A stretch of 4,392 bases of DNA from a virus (lineage: Duplodnaviria; Heunggongvirae; Uroviricota; Caudoviricetes), in IMG/VR virus record IMGVR_UViG_648276671_000011; one strand, given 5' to 3'. A program made the position numbers and the translations under genes. The first letter of the stretch is position 1. The number at the start of each line of letters is the position of its first letter. Shown one piece after another: positions 1-4,392 of the stretch. The notes beneath the pieces are model-generated. The model had not been told where the DNA came from and did no database searches. It was given only the letters and a program-made list of their open reading frames with translations.

Positions 1-149
1 AATCGAAATCGACACCGAAAAATAAAACATCAAGTCATATCAATATATTGCATTGGTGGTGATGACGAATAAAAATGCAAAAACTAGCCTTTTTCCGCGA
101 TGCTCCCGCCCCGTGGCAGGGCACCCCACAAGGAGGACCCGCCATCACT

Positions 150-491
150 ATGGAGGCCATGACCATGACCATGACCATGACCATGACCATGACCATGACC
201 ATGACCATGACCGAGACCGAAGCGCTCGGGATAATCCGCAGTATTACCGGAATCAGCCAGCAGGCTGGCGAACAGGAGGCCACGCAGCCGGACAGCGTGA
301 TAGCCGAAAATTACGCGCGTGTTGTTGCTGAGGTGATGCGCCGTGATGGTATTGAGCTTAACGGCGTGGATATGCGCAACATACGAACCAGAGTCCTTGA
401 GTTGCTGGCATACCGTCGCCGTTCTCAACAACGGAGGGAGAGCGCGAAAAGTACTTACCAGTGGAAGAAGCCGGAACGACTGCGGCGGTAA
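150..491 (+). CDS. Hypothetical small protein (113 aa from ATG150; 138 aa if ATG75) with N-terminal (Met-Thr)9 repeat and a basic Arg/Lys-rich C-terminus
   Basis: ORF-track frame 75..491. AGGAGG at 131..136 lies 13 nt upstream of the in-frame ATG at 150. Downstream sequence (...ARVVAEVMRRDGIELNGVDMRNIRTRVLELLAYRRR...) is protein-like. Three other frames also read through the repeat (53..331 +, 35..283 -, 84..431 -), so strand and frame are not certain. I do not recognise the family. Confidence 0.45.
   Translation: MEAMTMTMTMTMTMTMTMTMTETEALGIIRSITGISQQAGEQEATQPDSVIAENYARVVAEVMRRDGIELNGVDMRNIRTRVLELLAYRRRSQQRRESAKSTYQWKKPERLRR
158..211. repeat. Perfect hexanucleotide microsatellite (CATGAC)x9, with one degenerate unit at 212..217
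   Basis: Directly counted: nine identical CATGAC units, 54 bp. Encodes (Met-Thr)n in the frame of the 150..491 ORF. Confidence 0.97.
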
Positions 492-675
492 CTTGCTGAT
501 ATTCCCGATAACGCAAAATTGCGTTGGCTGGTGGGTGAGTTGCAGATTTGCAACTCGACCATGAAACTACGGAAACTACCCGTAGTTTGGGTAGTAAGAG
601 TAACACCCAGATTTTGGGGCTTACTCGCGATACCCAAATAAAGGGTATCGGTGGAAGAAATATCGTTTCTCATAT

Positions 676-714
676 GTAAGTACCGAGGGCGGAATTCCGC
701 CTTCGGTTACTTAT
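676..714. repeat. Long imperfect inverted repeat (about 17 bp stem, one bulge) centred on the perfect 14-bp palindrome GGCGGAATTCCGCC (688..701)
   Basis: Hand base-pairing: 688..701 is its own reverse complement; flanks 676..687 pair with 702..714 with one bulged T and two G-T pairs. Confidence 0.6.
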
Positions 715-732
715 TGTGCTCATGCACAGGGA

Positions 733-793
733 GGGGCGGGTCAAAATCTCTGTACCCTGACGTCTTCAGGACTGCCCGCCCCATCGATTTTTT
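733..793 (+). terminator. Candidate intrinsic terminator: GC-rich stem GGGGCGGG (733..740) / CCCGCCCC (775..782) with a large loop, then T6 (788..793)
   Basis: 8-bp G/C stem enclosing a ~34-nt loop that has its own small hairpin (CCTGA..TCAGG); T-run starts 5 nt after the stem. The loop is larger than a classic terminator, so this is tentative. Confidence 0.3.
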
Positions 794-1048
794 ATACCCG
801 CGAAAAATGAAAAACGCTTCACGCTGGTGGGCCTGATGCCGATATGGGGAGCCGCATACCGGAGAATATCCACCAGCACGGCAACAGCAGAATAGCCCCG
901 ACACAGAAAAACCACGAATATGGGGTTTTTGTTATGGCATGGTCATGATGACCGCCCCTGCTCTGAATGGTGGAAATCACCACGCAGATCATCCACCAGC
1001 TTCATGACGGATAGCCGGAAAATGATAATGATTAAAGCGTGTTGATCT

Positions 1049-1075
1049 TTGTTCGCGGTTGTTCGATATTGTTCG
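1049..1075. repeat. Three copies of TTGTTCG at exact 10-bp spacing (1049, 1059, 1069)
   Basis: Direct reading: tTTGTTCGcgg TTGTTCGata TTGTTCGtga. One helical turn between copies, as in phased binding-site arrays. Confidence 0.6.
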
Positions 1076-1081
1076 TGAAGC

Positions 1082-1105
1082 GGTGTAGTTAATGGTGTAG
1101 TTAAT
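1082..1105. repeat. Perfect 12-bp tandem duplication GGTGTAGTTAAT x2
   Basis: 1082..1093 is identical to 1094..1105. Confidence 0.85.
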
Positions 1106-1115
1106 ATCACTGTTT

Positions 1116-1143
1116 TTGACGGGCTTGTTATTTGCAACATAAT
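1116..1143 (+). promoter_or_regulatory. Candidate sigma70 promoter upstream of clpS: -35 TTGACG (1116..1121), 16-bp spacer, -10 CATAAT (1138..1143)
   Basis: Hexamers read by eye; would give a ~130-nt 5' UTR before clpS. An inverted repeat TGATAG-N4-CTATCA (1178..1193) lies inside that leader. Not validated. Confidence 0.3.
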
Positions 1144-1278
1144 GAAAAATAAAGACTAATTAACTAAATGATATAAATGATAGTTATCTATCATGTGGAG
1201 TAGATTGGTCAGGCAAATAAGCTCTTGTCAGCGGCAGGGCGTTCTGCCGATAACCGTAACCGAAGATGATAACTGACA

Positions 1279-1599
1279 ATGGGTAAAACGAACGACTGGC
1301 TGGACTTTGATCAACTGGCGGAAGAAAAAGTTCGCGACGCGCTAAAACCGCCATCTATGTATAAAGTGATATTAGTCAATGATGATTACACTCCGATGGA
1401 GTTTGTTATTGACGTGTTACAAAAATTCTTTTCTTATGATGTAGAACGTGCAACGCAATTGATGCTCGCTGTTCACTACCAGGGGAAGGCCATTTGCGGA
1501 GTCTTTATCGCCGAGGTTGCAGAAACCAAAGTGGCGATGGTGAACAAGTACGCGAGGGAGAATGAGCATCCATTGCTGTGTACGCTAGAAAAAGCCTGA
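1279..1599 (+). CDS. clpS: ClpS, ATP-dependent Clp protease adaptor (N-degron recognition), 106 aa
   Basis: Translation [51 protein letters not shown]... matches enterobacterial ClpS as I remember it. 30-nt gap to clpA, typical of the clpS-clpA operon. Confidence 0.95.
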   Translation: MGKTNDWLDFDQLAEEKVRDALKPPSMYKVILVNDDYTPMEFVIDVLQKFFSYDVERATQLMLAVHYQGKAICGVFIAEVAETKVAMVNKYARENEHPLLCTLEKA

Positions 1600-1629
1600 A
1601 TGCAGGCATAAAAATTGGGGGAGGTGCCT

Positions 1630-3906
1630 ATGCTCAATCAAGAACTGGAACTCAGTTTAAATATGGCTTTCGCCAGAGCGCGCGAGCACCGTCATGAGTT
1701 TATGACCGTCGAGCACTTGTTACTGGCGCTGCTCAGTAACCCATCTGCCCGGGAGGCGCTGGAAGCGTGTTCTGTGGATTTGGTTGCGCTCCGTCAGGAA
1801 CTGGAAGCCTTTATTGAACAAACCACACCCGTTCTGCCTGCCAGTGAAGAGGAGCGCGACACACAGCCGACGCTGAGTTTTCAGCGTGTACTGCAACGTG
1901 CGGTCTTCCATGTCCAGTCCTCCGGTCGCAATGAGGTTACCGGTGCAAACGTTCTGGTCGCTATTTTTAGCGAACAGGAGTCGCAGGCGGCATATCTGTT
2001 GCGTAAACATGAAGTCAGCCGTCTCGATGTGGTGAGCTTTATCTCTCATGGCACGCGTAAAGACGAGCCGACACAGTCTTCTGATCCTGGCAGCCAGCCA
2101 AACAGCGAAGAACAAGCTGGTGGGGAGGAACGTATGGAGAATTTCACGACGAACCTGAATCAGCTTGCGCGCGTGGGAGGAATCGACCCACTGATTGGTC
2201 GTGAGAAGGAGCTGGAGCGTGCTATTCAGGTTCTCTGCCGTCGCCGTAAAAACAACCCGCTGCTGGTGGGGGAATCTGGTGTCGGTAAAACCGCGATTGC
2301 GGAAGGTCTTGCCTGGCGAATTGTTCAGGGCGATGTGCCGGAAGTGATGGCTGACTGTACGATTTACTCTCTCGATATCGGTTCTCTGTTAGCGGGCACA
2401 AAATATCGCGGCGACTTTGAAAAACGTTTTAAAGCGTTGCTCAAGCAGCTGGAGCAGGATACTAACAGCATCCTGTTTATTGATGAGATCCACACCATTA
2501 TCGGTGCGGGTGCAGCCTCTGGTGGCCAGGTCGATGCGGCTAACCTGATCAAACCGCTGCTCTCCAGCGGTAAAATTCGCGTAATTGGTTCGACAACCTA
2601 TCAGGAGTTCAGCAACATTTTCGAGAAAGACCGTGCTCTGGCGCGTCGCTTCCAGAAAATTGATATTACTGAACCGTCGATCGAAGAAACTGTTCAAATC
2701 ATCAATGGCCTGAAACCGAAGTATGAAGCGCACCACGACGTGCGTTATACCGCAAAAGCGGTGCGTGCAGCGGTAGAGCTGGCGGTGAAATACATTAACG
2801 ATCGTCATCTGCCGGATAAAGCCATTGACGTTATCGACGAAGCGGGCGCTCGCGCACGCCTGATGCCGGTAAGCAAACGCAAGAAAACCGTTAATGTGGC
2901 GGATATTGAGTCCGTGGTGGCCCGTATTGCGCGCATTCCAGAGAAGAGTGTTTCGCAGAGTGACCGCGATACCCTGAAAAACCTCGGCGATCGCCTGAAA
3001 ATGCTGGTCTTCGGTCAGGATAAAGCCATTGAGGCGCTGACTGAAGCCATTAAGATGGCGCGTGCAGGTTTAGGTCACGAACATAAACCGGTCGGTTCGT
3101 TCCTGTTTGCAGGCCCTACCGGGGTCGGGAAAACAGAGGTGACGGTACAGCTTTCGAAAGCTTTGGGCATTGAGCTTCTGCGCTTTGATATGTCCGAGTA
3201 TATGGAACGCCATACCGTCAGCCGTCTGATTGGTGCGCCTCCGGGATACGTTGGTTTTGATCAGGGCGGTTTGCTGACTGATGCGGTCATCAAGCATCCA
3301 CATGCGGTGCTGCTGCTGGACGAAATCGAGAAAGCGCACCCGGACGTGTTCAATATTCTGTTGCAGGTGATGGACAACGGTACGCTGACCGATAACAACG
3401 GACGCAAAGCGGACTTCCGTAACGTGGTATTGGTGATGACCACCAACGCTGGGGTACGAGAAACTGAGCGTAAATCGATTGGTCTTATCCACCAGGACAA
3501 CAGTACCGATGCGATGGAAGAGATCAAGAAGATCTTTACGCCGGAGTTTCGTAACCGTCTCGACAACATTATCTGGTTCGATCATCTCTCCACCGACGTG
3601 ATCCATCAGGTAGTGGATAAATTCATCGTCGAGTTGCAGGTTCAGTTGGATCAGAAAGGTGTTTCTCTGGAAGTGAGCCAGGAAGCGCGTAACTGGCTGG
3701 CCGAGAAAGGTTACGACCGGGCAATGGGCGCACGTCCGATGGCGCGTGTCATCCAGGACAACCTGAAAAAACCGCTCGCCAACGAACTGTTGTTTGGTTC
3801 GCTGGTGGACGGCGGTCAGGTGACGGTTGCGCTGGATAAAGAGAAAAATGAGCTGACTTATGGATTCCAGAGTGCACAAAAGCACAAGGCGGAAGCAGCG
3901 CATTAA
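1630..3906 (+). CDS. clpA: ClpA, ATP-dependent Clp protease ATP-binding/unfoldase subunit (two AAA+ modules), 758 aa
   Basis: Translation from ATG1630 ([24 protein letters not shown]...) matches E. coli ClpA as recalled. Walker A motifs GESGVGKT and GPTGVGKT are present. GGAGG at 1619..1623 sits 6 nt upstream of ATG1630; the ORF-track start at 1615 is a TTG and is less likely. Confidence 0.97.
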   Translation: MLNQELELSLNMAFARAREHRHEFMTVEHLLLALLSNPSAREALEACSVDLVALRQELEAFIEQTTPVLPASEEERDTQPTLSFQRVLQRAVFHVQSSGRNEVTGANVLVAIFSEQESQAAYLLRKHEVSRLDVVSFISHGTRKDEPTQSSDPGSQPNSEEQAGGEERMENFTTNLNQLARVGGIDPLIGREKELERAIQVLCRRRKNNPLLVGESGVGKTAIAEGLAWRIVQGDVPEVMADCTIYSLDIGSLLAGTKYRGDFEKRFKALLKQLEQDTNSILFIDEIHTIIGAGAASGGQVDAANLIKPLLSSGKIRVIGSTTYQEFSNIFEKDRALARRFQKIDITEPSIEETVQIINGLKPKYEAHHDVRYTAKAVRAAVELAVKYINDRHLPDKAIDVIDEAGARARLMPVSKRKKTVNVADIESVVARIARIPEKSVSQSDRDTLKNLGDRLKMLVFGQDKAIEALTEAIKMARAGLGHEHKPVGSFLFAGPTGVGKTEVTVQLSKALGIELLRFDMSEYMERHTVSRLIGAPPGYVGFDQGGLLTDAVIKHPHAVLLLDEIEKAHPDVFNILLQVMDNGTLTDNNGRKADFRNVVLVMTTNAGVRETERKSIGLIHQDNSTDAMEEIKKIFTPEFRNRLDNIIWFDHLSTDVIHQVVDKFIVELQVQLDQKGVSLEVSQEARNWLAEKGYDRAMGARPMARVIQDNLKKPLANELLFGSLVDGGQVTVALDKEKNELTYGFQSAQKHKAEAAH
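2122..2136 (+). promoter_or_regulatory. clpA: Internal ribosome-binding site GGGGAGG (2122..2128) plus in-frame ATG (2134..2136, Met169) for the shorter ClpA65 form
   Basis: SD-like GGGGAGG 5 nt upstream of internal Met169 codon (seen). Internal initiation at Met169 producing a truncated ClpA is established for E. coli ClpA. Confidence 0.6.
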
Positions 3907-3930
3907 TCTGATTGTCAGGTAGGTTGGTGA

Positions 3931-3969
3931 AGTCCGTAATCTCGAAAGAGGTTACGGACTTTTTGTTTG
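3931..3969 (+). terminator. Rho-independent terminator of clpA: 13-bp stem AGTCCGTAATCTC / GAGGTTACGGACT (one T-G pair), GAAA loop, then TTTTTGTTTG
   Basis: Hand-paired hairpin starting 25 nt after the clpA stop, followed directly by a T-rich tract. Confidence 0.75.
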
Positions 3970-4118
3970 TAGGCTGGGGCGGTGAAAACCCTATTTTTGG
4001 AGGTGAAGGTAAGTTGTTGATAATTAATGGTGCTGGAAGGTAAGAATAAAAAAGGGTGGCAGCAGGAAAATGAGATGGTTTTGCTTTATTAATAACGGAC
4101 TAAACGTGTAGTATTTGA
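3970..4118 (+). promoter_or_regulatory. AT-rich putative CRISPR leader
   Basis: ~150 bp AT-rich segment immediately 5' of the intact repeat; the degenerate repeat is at the far end, consistent with leader-to-array polarity on the + strand. No promoter hexamers confidently assigned. Confidence 0.4.
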
Positions 4119-4206
4119 GTTCACTGCCGTACAGGCAGCTTAGAAAGCCAACCGAAAGAAAAACTCGATTTTTATACCGTTCACTGCCGTACAGGCAGAT
4201 AAAATG
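4119..4206 (+). CRISPR. Orphan type I-F mini-array: repeat 1 (4119..4146, GTTCACTGCCGTACAGGCAGCTTAGAAA), 32-bp spacer (4147..4178, GCCAACCGAAAGAAAAACTCGATTTTTATACC), degenerate terminal repeat 2 (4179..4206)
   Basis: 28-bp repeat with the Cas6f-type hairpin core CTGCC-GTACA-GGCAG matches the E. coli/Yersinia I-F repeat consensus from memory. Second copy is identical for 20 nt then degenerates. Spacer length of 32 is typical. No cas genes in the window. Confidence 0.85.
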
Positions 4207-4208
4207 CG

Positions 4209-4244
4209 AAAAAAAAACTCGTACTTTCGTACGAGCTTTTCTTT
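4209..4244. terminator. Bidirectional intrinsic terminator: A9 (4209..4217), 7-bp stem CTCGTAC / GTACGAG with TTTC loop, then CTTTTCTTT (4236..4244)
   Basis: The hairpin is flanked by an A-run on one side and a T-run on the other, so it can terminate + strand (CRISPR) and - strand (tRNA side) transcription. Confidence 0.6.
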
Positions 4245-4249
4245 AAATA

Positions 4250-4267
4250 TGGCGGTGAGGGGGGATT
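4250..4267 (-). pseudogene. 3'-terminal fragment of a tRNA-Ser(GGA)-like gene (acceptor 3' strand plus part of the T-arm); the rest of the tRNA is not present downstream
   Basis: TGGCGGTGAGGGGGGATT is the reverse complement of ...AATCCCCCCTCACCGCCA, the 3' end of E. coli tRNA-Ser (serW/serX type) as recalled. From 4268 the sequence no longer follows the tRNA, and no complementary acceptor 5' strand (CCTCACC on +) is found in the next 125 nt. Confidence 0.5.
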
Positions 4268-4392
4268 GACTCGCTTCGCTCGCCCTGCGGGCAGCCCACT
4301 CACTGTGTTCGTGGTCTGTCCAACTGGCTGCGCCAGTTGTCGAACCCCGGTCGGGGCTTCTCGATCCCCCCTGGAGTGCAATATGCGAAAAA

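Noticed and set aside
35-431. Alternative ORFs through the microsatellite: 53..331 (+, HD repeats), 35..283 (-, VM repeats), 84..431 (-, HG repeats)
   Set aside because: These are generated by the hexamer repeat being open in several frames. Only the 150..491 frame has a strong upstream Shine-Dalgarno and a plausible globular C-terminal region. Kept as an open caveat rather than separate genes.
688-701. EcoRI site (GAATTC) at the palindrome centre as a possible cloning scar
   Set aside because: A single 6-bp site inside a larger natural-looking inverted repeat is not evidence of engineering; no vector-like sequence is adjacent.
537-800. Retron msr-msd-like non-coding RNA (stacked inverted repeats)
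   Set aside because: No reverse-transcriptase ORF follows, and there are no recognisable a1/a2 flanking repeats.
907-930. A-tract / T-tract hairpin (AAAAACC..GGTTTTT) as a bidirectional terminator
   Set aside because: The stem is almost entirely A-T with a 10-nt loop, which is too weak to call.
943-1140. 65-aa minus-strand ORF upstream of clpS, which I tested as a possible cspD
   Set aside because: The translation has no cold-shock-domain motifs (no KGFGFI-like segment), is low-complexity in places, and overlaps the phased repeat array and putative promoter. More likely non-coding.
1615-1629. ORF-track extension of ClpA starting at 1615 (MGEVPM...)
   Set aside because: The triplet at 1615 is TTG and it overlaps the Shine-Dalgarno GGAGG that serves ATG1630; the canonical ClpA N-terminus MLNQELELS begins at 1630.
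3070-3903. 277-aa minus-strand ORF, together with 1720..2115, 2364..2552, 2389..2808 and 3261..3569, all antisense within clpA
   Set aside because: They lie entirely inside the well-supported clpA reading frame on the opposite strand; long antisense ORFs are expected in a long gene, and none has a convincing start context.
4250-4340. Intact tRNA-Ser (serW) on the minus strand
   Set aside because: Only the 3' acceptor and partial T-arm match; the T-stem partner and the 5' acceptor strand are not found, so I call it a fragment or junction rather than a tRNA gene. This rests on a recalled tRNA sequence and needs a tRNAscan-SE check.
4181-4381. 66-aa minus-strand ORF spanning the CRISPR repeat, the terminator and the tRNA fragment
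   Set aside because: It runs across an RNA-gene remnant and a terminator hairpin, which is implausible for a coding region.

Overview
This window looks like an Escherichia-type chromosomal segment carrying the clpS-clpA operon (1279..1599 and 1630..3906, + strand), which takes up about 60% of the sequence. Downstream of clpA there is a terminator, an AT-rich leader, and a two-repeat, one-spacer orphan CRISPR array with the type I-F repeat (4119..4206). Next comes a bidirectional terminator and then only the last ~18 nt of a tRNA-Ser gene (minus strand, from 4250), after which the sequence stops looking like a tRNA; I read this as a tRNA-embedded integration junction, with any inserted element lying beyond the window edge. 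Upstream of clpS, the expected divergent cspD gene is absent (from my memory of K-12 synteny). In its place is ~1.28 kb containing a perfect (CATGAC)9 microsatellite inside the 5' end of a small uncharacterised ORF, followed by ~790 bp of hairpin-rich, apparently non-coding DNA with helically phased short repeats. I do not see a complete novel multi-gene system inside the window; the most interesting signals are the two edges (variable-repeat ORF region; orphan CRISPR plus truncated tRNA). All identifications are from reading the sequence and recalled family knowledge; no searches were run.
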